NCBI GenBank assembly: GCA_021163445.1
Contig: JAGGWR010000070.1
Span: 1 to 38,684, forward strand
DNA length: 38,684 nt
Origin: Candidatus Tharpella aukensis
GTDB taxonomy: Bacteria > Desulfobacterota > Anaeroferrophillalia > Anaeroferrophillales > Tharpellaceae
Direction: 5' to 3'
Both the position numbers and the translations under genes were made by a program. The notes under the pieces are model-generated. The model was not told the DNA's origin. It made no database searches and was given only the letters and a program-made list of their open reading frames with translations. Position 1 is the stretch's first letter. Each line of letters begins with the position of its first letter. Below, in pieces: positions 7,947 through 15,797 of the stretch.

Positions 7947-8804
7947 TTACAAGTCGGTAAGGTTCTGGTGAAAAATTTCTATAGTATGTTGTTCTTTGCT
8001 CTGCTTTAGCCAGTGTTGGTAGTTATTTTGCAAACGTTGGGCAAAAAGTGTGTCCTTAATCCGATTTTCAACTTCGGCAAAAGGGATATTTCCGGCCGGC
8101 AGCCGTTTTTCAATCCTGATCAGGTGATAACCGTATGGTGTAGCGATGACCGGGCTGATTATCTTATGTTTTAAGCTGGGCAGAATTTTGGCCAGGCTTG
8201 GCGGCAACTCTGCAGCCGTTACCAGGCGATTTTTTCCACTATCTGCAATTCGGGCGCCGTTAATCTGTTTCCGTCCCGCTTCAGCCATGCTCAGCTCCTT
8301 CTTATCGAGTCGCTCTTTAAGTTCCCAGGCCGAGTTCTCCGAGTTTAAGAGCAGGTGTTCGAGTTGATAGCGGGGAGCGACGACAAAATTATCAATATAT
8401 TGGTTGTAATATGCCCTGGCCTCTTTAAAATTTGGGAAAGGAACCTCTTTTCCCAAGCGGCTCAAGACCTTCTCCATCGCTTTCTGGCGGTCGATAGGCG
8501 TGTTTTTGTTATCGACAAGCAGGCCCTGGCGTTGGGCTTCAAGGAGCAACAGGTGTTCATTGATAAGCTGGTTTAAAACAGCCTTGGCACTGGAAAATTG
8601 ATCCTGCTGGACGGTCGGTGGCGGCACTTCTCTGGAGCCTTCTTCGCGATACTCTTTGAGTCGTGCGCTGACCTCAGCTCTGGTAATCGCTTTTCCATCA
8701 ATAGTTGCAACCACCTCTTTGGACGGTGAACAGCTGATCAGGAGAACAGCGCCCATTAAAACCAATAAAAAACTAGAGCAAAGATGGCGAAGTGATTTGC
8801 TCAA
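7947..8804 (-). CDS. PpiC/parvulin-family peptidyl-prolyl isomerase, probable lipoprotein
   Basis: TTG at 8804 directly follows the upstream stop. Signal peptide with lipobox (LLISC). SurA-N-like region, then a C-terminal parvulin-like end (TPYGYHLIRIE). Confidence 0.7.
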   Translation of the reverse strand: MSKSLRHLCSSFLLVLMGAVLLISCSPSKEVVATIDGKAITRAEVSARLKEYREEGSREVPPPTVQQDQFSSAKAVLNQLINEHLLLLEAQRQGLLVDNKNTPIDRQKAMEKVLSRLGKEVPFPNFKEARAYYNQYIDNFVVAPRYQLEHLLLNSENSAWELKERLDKKELSMAEAGRKQINGARIADSGKNRLVTAAELPPSLAKILPSLKHKIISPVIATPYGYHLIRIEKRLPAGNIPFAEVENRIKDTLFAQRLQNNYQHWLKQSKEQHTIEIFHQNLTDL

Positions 8805-9668
8805 TTACTTCCCAATAACATCGGGATAGAGAGTCACCTTGGTTTTCTTTTTGAGACCGTCAATATAGTCATTGAATACTTGGCTCTTGTTTTTCTGGGT
8901 TAGTTGGTTTTCAATTGCGGTGCGGACTTCATCAAGAGGTTTGGCTCCGGCCTCTTTGATCTCTACGACTTCGATGATGTGGTAGCCGAATTGGGTTTTT
9001 ACCGGGGCACTGACTTCACCCACTTTAAGAGCGAAGGCGGTATCAGAAAACTCTTTGACCATGCGGTCGCGAGTGAAGAAACCCAGATCTCCACCCTTGG
9101 CGGAACTCGGACAAGAAGATTTCTCTTTGGCCACGGTGGCAAAATCAGTCCCTTTTTTGAGCTCAGCTTCAACTGCTTTGGCTTCGGTCTCATCTTTGAC
9201 CAGGATGTGTCGGGCCCGAACCTGTTTTGCTTGTTTAAATTCATCGGCATGGGTCAGATAATACTGATTTACTTCTTCCGGCGTCGGCGCCTTGATGCGA
9301 GCTTCAATTTCACGCTGTAAAAGGGCGGCGAGAATGATTTTGTGGCTGACTTCATCAATTTGCGCCATGATTACCGGGTCTTTGCCTAATCCCTGCTTAA
9401 TCCCTTCCTGATAAAGAAGTTTGGAGGTGGCTAGTTGTTCAAGGAACTCTTTCTGCATCTTTTTGTCACTGGCCATCTGTTGCAGGTTTGGCGGCAGTTT
9501 TTGTAATTCATCCTGGAATTGACTTAAAGTGATTTTTTCAGAACCGACTTCAGCTACCACAGGGTCAGCAGTGGCGGCAGTTACAGCTGATGAACCAATG
9601 GTTATGCTCAGTGCCAGAAAACTGATAAAAAGAGAGAGTGTGACAAGGTTTCGTAGGTAGTTTTTCAT
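8805..9668 (-). CDS. PpiC/parvulin-type peptidyl-prolyl isomerase (secreted)
   Basis: Signal peptide (MKNYLRNLVTLSLFISFLALS). Parvulin motifs are present (VRARHILV, SSCPSSAKGGDLGFF, TQFGYHIIEV). Confidence 0.8.
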   Translation of the reverse strand: MKNYLRNLVTLSLFISFLALSITIGSSAVTAATADPVVAEVGSEKITLSQFQDELQKLPPNLQQMASDKKMQKEFLEQLATSKLLYQEGIKQGLGKDPVIMAQIDEVSHKIILAALLQREIEARIKAPTPEEVNQYYLTHADEFKQAKQVRARHILVKDETEAKAVEAELKKGTDFATVAKEKSSCPSSAKGGDLGFFTRDRMVKEFSDTAFALKVGEVSAPVKTQFGYHIIEVVEIKEAGAKPLDEVRTAIENQLTQKNKSQVFNDYIDGLKKKTKVTLYPDVIGK

Positions 9669-9802
9669 GAAATAATTCCTTTTAATCTGTTGAATTTACA
9701 AGATTCCAGCTTTCGCCGGAATAACGATTGTGATCCTGCATTTGATTTTGCCTTTACTTTTTTCGTCTGTTTTCGTGGTCGAAAACGCCGCCATTTATCA
9801 GA

Positions 9803-12800
9803 TTAATAGATTTTTTGCAACAGCTTTTCACACCAAGCGTAGAGTTCGCCGGGTTCGAGAGAGACTTCCATGCTGAGCCAGTGTTCGGGTGTGAGTTTGC
9901 ATTTACTTCCCTCTTCCTGCAGTAGCGCCATGATTTTTTCGGCAGCCGGCGGACTCTCCGGGGCAAAATGAAGACTGACTTTTTTGCGGCCGAGTTCCAG
10001 AGCCAGAACCCGATAACTTTTGAGCAGAATCTTCAGGTTTTTGAGCCGGAGCAGGTTAAGTACCTCTTCCGGCAACCGGCCGCAGCGATCCTCTAATTCA
10101 TCCTCTAAGCGGTCGAGATCAAGTTCATTCTCAGCGGCCGCAATCTTTTTGTAAAATTGGAGTCGCAGAGTCAGGTCGGGAAGGTAGCCTGGTGGAATAT
10201 GAGCCGAAAGGCTGACTTTGATTTCGGGTTCCGGAATCTTGGTTTGCGGATTGCCCCGGGCTTCATTAATCGCTTCACTGAGCATCTCCTGGTAGAGTTC
10301 ATAGCCGATGGCGGAGATTCGGCCGGACTGTTTTTTACCCAGGATATTGCCCGCCCCGCGAATCTCAAGATCCTGCATGGCGATGCGAAAACCGGCGCCT
10401 AAAGTGTTGGCTTCGGCCAGGGCGTTAAGGCGTTTGCGGGCATCTGGAGTTAATCTTTCGAGTTCCGGAACCAGGAGATAAGCAAATGCTTTACGTTGTG
10501 AACGGCCGATGCGGCCGCGGAGTTGATAGAGTTGGGCGAGGCCGAAGTTTTGTGCATTTTCGATGATCATGGTGTTGGCGTTGGGGATATCGAGGCCCGA
10601 TTCAATAATGGTTGTGCAGAGCAGCAGGTCATATTTATGTTCGGCAAAACCGAGCATGATTTTTTCTAAGTCGTTTTCCCGCATCTGGCCGTGACCGACG
10701 CCGATTCTGGTCTCCGGCGGCAGCAGGGCTTTAAGGCGGGCGGCCCGGGCGGCGATGGTGGCGACGCTGTTATGAACAAAAAAGATCTGGCCGCCGCGAT
10801 CAAGCTCTTTTTCAACCGCTTCCCGGATAATGTTATCATCATAAGTGGCAACAAACGTGCGGATCGCCAAACGGTCACGGGGGGCGGTTGTAATTGCACT
10901 TAAAGAGCGCATCCCGGAGAGCGAAAATTGGAGGGTGCGGGGGATCGGGGTCGCACTCATCGAGAGGACGTCGAGATGGCGTTTAAAGCTTTTTAATTTT
11001 TCTTTGTGACGGACGCCGAATTTATGCTCTTCGTCCAGAATCAAAAGTCCTAAATCTTTGAACGAGATATCTTTTTGTAGTAGTCGATGAGTGCCGATAA
11101 CTACATCAATCGTGCCTTTACGTAACCCTTCAGCCACCTGTTTTTGTTGAGCCGGAGTGCGAAAACGGCTTAAAACTGCAACTTCCACCGGATAGCTGGC
11201 AAAGCGCTCTTTAAAGGTTTCAAAGTGCTGTTGGGCCAAAACCGTAGTTGGAACTAAAATTGCGGCTTGGCGGCCCGATAAAACAGCGAGAAAAACGGCT
11301 CTTAAGGCGACTTCGGTTTTGCCGAAACCGACATCACCGCTGACGAGTCTATCCATCGGTTTTTCTGCGGTTAGATCACTGACGACCTCTTTGATGGCTC
11401 GGAGTTGGTCAGGGGTCTCTTCGTAGGCAAAAGAGGCCTCGAATTCACGATAGAGGTGATCCGGCGCCAGGCAAGCCCGCCCTTTTATCACCTCACGTTC
11501 AGCGTAGAGATCGAGAAGTTCAAGGAGGAGGTCATCAATCGCCTTTTTGGTTTTCTCCTTGGCCGTCGCCCATTGGGGCCCGCCGAGACGGCTTAAGGCA
11601 GACGGGCTGTCGCCGCTGCCGTGATATTTGTGGAGCTGATCAAAAGATTCGACCGGGACGTAGAGCAGGTCTTCTCCTAAAAATTCAAGAATCAGATATT
11701 CATTGACAATGTTCTCTACGCTCAGGGTCTTCAGGCCCCGGTAACAGCCGATGCCGTGCTCGATATGGGTGATTTTGTCGCCCAGTTTAATTTCGGCAAA
11801 ATCGTCAAAAAAGGCCTCACGGCTCTCCTGGCGGTGCTTGACTGGAGCTCTGATTTTTTGTTTTGAAACAAAGAGGTCGGTATCACTTAAAAATAGGGTT
11901 TTCTCTGTTGGCAGTTGAACTCCGCGACTTAAGCGGACAGTTTTTAGGGTGATTCCGGCAGCCGGGCTGTTGCTTGTTTCTGAATCGAGGCCAACCGGCA
12001 GACCGTAATCAAGAAGCAGGGCTTTCAGGCGTTCGCTGGTCGTCTGGTTGCGGCCTGCGAGAAAAATATGCCAACCCTGCGCCAGATGTTCTTTTAGTAT
12101 GGTTACGGCCGCACCTAAAGGGGTTTCATCGTCGGAAGCGCTGGTTTGGATGATGCTGTTTTTAAGATAGATGTTGTCGCGGGTTTTAAAGTTAAGCTCA
12201 CAGGCGTTTTCTTCAACCCTGTCGCTAAGAAGAGATGAATTGGAATTGAGTCTGTTTGTATAACCAAGTCCATTAATATTAATCGTGCCATGGTTGTCGG
12301 GGCCTTTAAGCGCAATGTCTAATGGCATCAAATAGGCTTCGGGAGGATAGATTAAGCGCTGCTCACCTAAAGCCCGCTCATAACCTTCATGGAGCTGCTG
12401 GTTGAGATCTTCAAATTGTTCTTTGAGTTCCAGAGGGTCGATGAAGATAACAACGCTGTCGCCCGGGAAAAAATCGATGAGTGAATGCCATTGCTCTTCA
12501 AAAGCCGGGAGCCAGGCTTCGAAACCGGGGCGATTCGGACTCTGGTTGAGCTCCTCTAAAGCTGATCCTAAAGCGATATGGGAATCGTTGAGTTCGACAA
12601 AACGCTGCCGGACTCTTTGGCGGGCCAGGTCGAGATCGGGCGGCGCTAAAACTTCCCGAGCCGGGCCGATTTCCAGATATTCACATTCTCGCTTTTTGCT
12701 GAGTTGGGTCAGGTGGTCAAAGGGTCGGATCGATTCAATTTCATCACCGAAAAAATCGAGGCGCATGGGTTCTTCATGCAGAGTTGAAAAGATGTCGATT

Positions 12801-13345
12801 ACGCCGCCTCTGACACTGTAATCGCCGGGCTCATCAACTACCGGGACGCGGACATAGCCTGAATCTTCAAGTTGGTTGAAAAGTTTTTCCCGATCAATAG
12901 TCTGGCCCCATTCAAGGCGTGAGAAACGTTGATAGAAACCGGCCGGGGCGGGCAGGCGGCCGGCATAGGCCGCAATTGTCGTGAAACAGAGGAAATTTTT
13001 AAGTTTACGGATTTTAGCCAGGGTCTTGATGCGCTCACGTTCAATGCGACCGCTGCGTAAGGTTTGTCGGTAGGCCAGGCGCGGCAGCGGGGGCAGGGTG
13101 ATAAGCTCGGGGGCCGGGTTTGCAGTTGGTACTATTTCAAGATAGGCGGCAACGTTGCGGCAAAGATCCTGACTTTTTTGAAAATCATCGCTGATGATGA
13201 TAAAGCCAGAGTTTGGCAAGAGACTTAAGCGACTAAGAAGCAGGGCCGGGGCGGAGCCCTGCAGGCCGCTTAAGTGAATCGTTTTAGATTCAGTCAGGGC
13301 CCCAGCAATGGTTTTTATATCATCTGTAAAAGGGGTTGTGGACAT
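9803..13345 (-). CDS. mfd: Transcription-repair coupling factor Mfd, 1180 aa
   Basis: ATG at 13345 (MSTTPFTDDIKTIAG), preferred over the upstream alternative start in the track. Walker A (GDVGFGKTEVA) and DEEH box (LLILDEEHKFG) are present, with a superfamily-2 translocase C-terminal half. Size and layout are typical of Mfd. Confidence 0.93.
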   Translation of the reverse strand: MSTTPFTDDIKTIAGALTESKTIHLSGLQGSAPALLLSRLSLLPNSGFIIISDDFQKSQDLCRNVAAYLEIVPTANPAPELITLPPLPRLAYRQTLRSGRIERERIKTLAKIRKLKNFLCFTTIAAYAGRLPAPAGFYQRFSRLEWGQTIDREKLFNQLEDSGYVRVPVVDEPGDYSVRGGVIDIFSTLHEEPMRLDFFGDEIESIRPFDHLTQLSKKRECEYLEIGPAREVLAPPDLDLARQRVRQRFVELNDSHIALGSALEELNQSPNRPGFEAWLPAFEEQWHSLIDFFPGDSVVIFIDPLELKEQFEDLNQQLHEGYERALGEQRLIYPPEAYLMPLDIALKGPDNHGTININGLGYTNRLNSNSSLLSDRVEENACELNFKTRDNIYLKNSIIQTSASDDETPLGAAVTILKEHLAQGWHIFLAGRNQTTSERLKALLLDYGLPVGLDSETSNSPAAGITLKTVRLSRGVQLPTEKTLFLSDTDLFVSKQKIRAPVKHRQESREAFFDDFAEIKLGDKITHIEHGIGCYRGLKTLSVENIVNEYLILEFLGEDLLYVPVESFDQLHKYHGSGDSPSALSRLGGPQWATAKEKTKKAIDDLLLELLDLYAEREVIKGRACLAPDHLYREFEASFAYEETPDQLRAIKEVVSDLTAEKPMDRLVSGDVGFGKTEVALRAVFLAVLSGRQAAILVPTTVLAQQHFETFKERFASYPVEVAVLSRFRTPAQQKQVAEGLRKGTIDVVIGTHRLLQKDISFKDLGLLILDEEHKFGVRHKEKLKSFKRHLDVLSMSATPIPRTLQFSLSGMRSLSAITTAPRDRLAIRTFVATYDDNIIREAVEKELDRGGQIFFVHNSVATIAARAARLKALLPPETRIGVGHGQMRENDLEKIMLGFAEHKYDLLLCTTIIESGLDIPNANTMIIENAQNFGLAQLYQLRGRIGRSQRKAFAYLLVPELERLTPDARKRLNALAEANTLGAGFRIAMQDLEIRGAGNILGKKQSGRISAIGYELYQEMLSEAINEARGNPQTKIPEPEIKVSLSAHIPPGYLPDLTLRLQFYKKIAAAENELDLDRLEDELEDRCGRLPEEVLNLLRLKNLKILLKSYRVLALELGRKKVSLHFAPESPPAAEKIMALLQEEGSKCKLTPEHWLSMEVSLEPGELYAWCEKLLQKIY

Positions 13346-13368
13346 ATTTAGAATTTTGCCAGTAAAAT

Positions 13369-14154
13369 TTAACGCAAAAATGTTTGCAGGGCTTTTTCCA
13401 CTTCGGCAACGTCGACTTTGGTGTTCCAACATGGCCCTTCGGGGCGTTGGTTAAGAATGCCGTAGACCGGTAGGGGGAAGGTGTCGTGAATGCCGCTGGT
13501 CAGGTCGCGTTCACAGGCTACGGCAATAATTATTTTTGGCTTGTGATCACGGACAATTTTACGGGCCAAGGTGCCGCCGCTAGCGACCGCGATGTGGGTT
13601 TTATAGGTTTCGGCAAGTTTTGTCAGGGCATCAATGTCGCATCTGCCGCAATGTTGACAATTGTCAATGTTGGTAGTGATGCGGCGTTGACAGTCAGCTT
13701 TTTGTAAACAGTGGGGCAGCAGTATCAGTAGACGTTCCGGCAGGATTTGGTGGCGGTGTCTGGAGAGGAGCAAGCGGTTGTTGATTTCGATGAAAGAGTT
13801 GCGGACAATCTCTTTCGGAACCCCTAGGCGGGGGCCGAGAATCTCCATTAAAGGAAGGAATAATTTGATTCCTAAACCGCGAATTTTTTGCGTAAAAGGA
13901 AAATCTTTTTCCAGAACAATGGATAAAATCAAGGCCGAAATAATGCCGCTTAAAAAGATGAAGGCAAGTCCGGCAATAACCCAGGCGATTAAGGTCAGGC
14001 TGGGATGAAGATGGTTTAGCCCAATTGTTGCAATCCAACCACCAACCAGGATAATCAGCATGATCAAGGCGAACGTAAGCCCTAAAAGGCCGATGAATAT
14101 CCTTTTTTTGGAGGTTTGCAGGTTGTCTGGTTGATGAGTTTTAAGCTCTTTCAT
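13369..14154 (-). CDS. DUF116 family membrane protein with a Cys-rich C-terminal domain
   Basis: ATG at 14154 overlaps the fmt 3' end. It has hydrophobic helices (IFIGLLGLTFALIMLIILVGGWIATI, LIAWVIAGLAFIFLSGIISALILSIVL). These are followed by LLPHCLQKADCQ...CQHCGRCDI...AVACERDL, as I recall for DUF116. Confidence 0.65.
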   Translation of the reverse strand: MKELKTHQPDNLQTSKKRIFIGLLGLTFALIMLIILVGGWIATIGLNHLHPSLTLIAWVIAGLAFIFLSGIISALILSIVLEKDFPFTQKIRGLGIKLFLPLMEILGPRLGVPKEIVRNSFIEINNRLLLSRHRHQILPERLLILLPHCLQKADCQRRITTNIDNCQHCGRCDIDALTKLAETYKTHIAVASGGTLARKIVRDHKPKIIIAVACERDLTSGIHDTFPLPVYGILNQRPEGPCWNTKVDVAEVEKALQTFLR

Positions 14155-15094
14155 CTGTTTTGATGCCAAAAAAATCATTTTCCCGGGCTTTATAGCCGCG
14201 TAGAAATTCACTGGCGCTGCGAACCGGTTTGCCCGCAATCTGAAGTCGTTCAATACTTAAAATGCCAGCTTGTCCGCAGCCCACCAAAAGTTTGTCGTTA
14301 TCGACTAAAATAGCTCCGGGGGCCAGAATATGGGATGCTTGAACGGGTCGGGATTCAATTATTTTAACCCTTTTGCCGCGATGAAAAGTGTAGGTGCCGG
14401 GCCAGGGGTTCAAACCTCTGATGCGGTTAAAAAGGCTCTCCGCCGGGGCTTGCCAGTTGATAAGTCCATCCTCTTTTTTGAATTTGGGAGCCAATGAAGC
14501 GAGGCGTTCATCCTGAGCGTGGGGCTCTAATTTACCCGCCTCCCATTCGCTGATTGTGCGCCAGACCAGTGGCGCTCCCAAAAGAGCGAGACGGCGGGAG
14601 AGTTGAGGCAAGGTTTCATGGTCGAAAATAAAGCTTGGCTCCTGGAGCAGAATATTGCCGCAATCGATCTTTTCTCCGATGAGTTGGGTGGTGACGCCGG
14701 TCATCGGTTCGCCGTTAATTAGAGCCCAGGGCATCGGGGCCGGGCCCCGGTAGGCGGGCAACAGCGAGGGGTGGAGGTTGATCGCTGCCTTTTTCGGCAA
14801 GGCGATAGTTGCCGGACTCAGTTTGGCTCCGTAATCGACTAAAATCAGATAGTCCGGGGCAAATTCCTCAATCAGACGGTGGCTCTCAGGGGCATTGATA
14901 TCTTTTGGCGTTTCCACGTCAAGGCCGAGATTTAAAGCTGCTTCTTTGGCCGGTGTTGGGGCATTTTTACGGCCCCTGCCTTTGGCTTGGTTCGGTTGAG
15001 AAAAAATTTTTAGATCAATCGTCGGTCGGTGTCCGGCGACCAATTCCAAGGTTGGGATAGCAAATTCCCCGGAAGCAATGAGCAAAATTTTCAT
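14141..15094 (-). CDS. fmt: Methionyl-tRNA formyltransferase
   Basis: MKILLIASGEFAIPTL at the N-terminus and an HPSLLPAYRGPAP motif. Its start overlaps the def stop by 4 nt (15091-15094). Confidence 0.92.
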   Translation of the reverse strand: MKILLIASGEFAIPTLELVAGHRPTIDLKIFSQPNQAKGRGRKNAPTPAKEAALNLGLDVETPKDINAPESHRLIEEFAPDYLILVDYGAKLSPATIALPKKAAINLHPSLLPAYRGPAPMPWALINGEPMTGVTTQLIGEKIDCGNILLQEPSFIFDHETLPQLSRRLALLGAPLVWRTISEWEAGKLEPHAQDERLASLAPKFKKEDGLINWQAPAESLFNRIRGLNPWPGTYTFHRGKRVKIIESRPVQASHILAPGAILVDNDKLLVGCGQAGILSIERLQIAGKPVRSASEFLRGYKARENDFFGIKTDERA

Positions 15095-15597
15095 GACTGG
15101 GTAAGGGTTCCTTTTTTAAATTTACGATCGTAGATACTTCGTTTCAAGCGGCTGATCCGATCGATAAAGAGAATACCCTGAAGGTGGTCGATTTCATGTT
15201 GGAGAACAATTGCCGGAAAGTCCTCCAGCGTCAATTCCACCTCTTTTTCATCAATGGTGTAGGCCTTGACAACTATTTTATGATGGCGAGAAACTTCGGC
15301 CGTGTAGTCGGGAACACTCAAGCAGCCTTCGGTGATGCTGGCTCGACCTTCGTAGGCGGTGATTTCGGGGTTAATCAGGACGAGTGGCTCAGGTTTGTCC
15401 TTCTCGCCCGTGTCGGCGACGACAAGGCTGATTGAGCGGCCTATCTGAGGAGCTGCTAAACCGACTCCCGGGGCTTGGTACATGGTCTCCAGCATGTCTT
15501 GGGCCAGCTCTCTGATGCTGTCGTCAATTTCCAAGATTTTTTCGGTTTTCTTTTTTAAAACCGAGGCCGGATAAACATCGATATTGAGAATACTCAT
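15091..15597 (-). CDS. def: Peptide deformylase
   Basis: All three deformylase motifs are present: GVGLAAPQIG, EGCLSVP and QHEIDHLQG. Confidence 0.95.
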   Translation of the reverse strand: MSILNIDVYPASVLKKKTEKILEIDDSIRELAQDMLETMYQAPGVGLAAPQIGRSISLVVADTGEKDKPEPLVLINPEITAYEGRASITEGCLSVPDYTAEVSRHHKIVVKAYTIDEKEVELTLEDFPAIVLQHEIDHLQGILFIDRISRLKRSIYDRKFKKGTLTQS

Positions 15598-15645
15598 GGT
15601 TGTTGATGATACCTTTTATATTAGTAAATATGATGAAGGGCAGTG

Positions 15646-15675
15646 AGTATAGTCAATCGGGGTAAAATATGTCAA
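15646..15675 (-). promoter_or_regulatory. Candidate sigma70-type promoter for the def-fmt operon
   Basis: The minus strand reads TTGACA (15675-15670), an 18-nt spacer, then TATACT (15651-15646), about 45 nt upstream of the def ATG. Confidence 0.5.
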
Positions 15676-15797
15676 CCTGAAAGTTTGTTTAGACGATTAT
15701 ATGACTCATTTGCTGGACAAACCAGTGGAGACATGCTATTTCTTATACGAATGTACCTGTTAGATAAGATGTTTGTAGAATATTCAAGAGGTATTTT

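Noticed and set aside
9769-9786. A 7-bp hairpin (GTTTTCG-TGGT-CGAAAAC) just after the mfd stop, considered as a terminator.
   Set aside because: On the transcribed (minus) strand it is followed by an A-rich rather than U-rich tract, so it does not fit an intrinsic terminator. It may be only a stabilising stem.
15680-15705. Sigma28-like elements (AAAGTTT ... GACGATTA) upstream of cheA.
   Set aside because: The spacing between the two boxes is about 5 nt instead of about 11, and the -10-like box matches only 6/8. I also saw no convincing sigma54 GG-N10-GC element.
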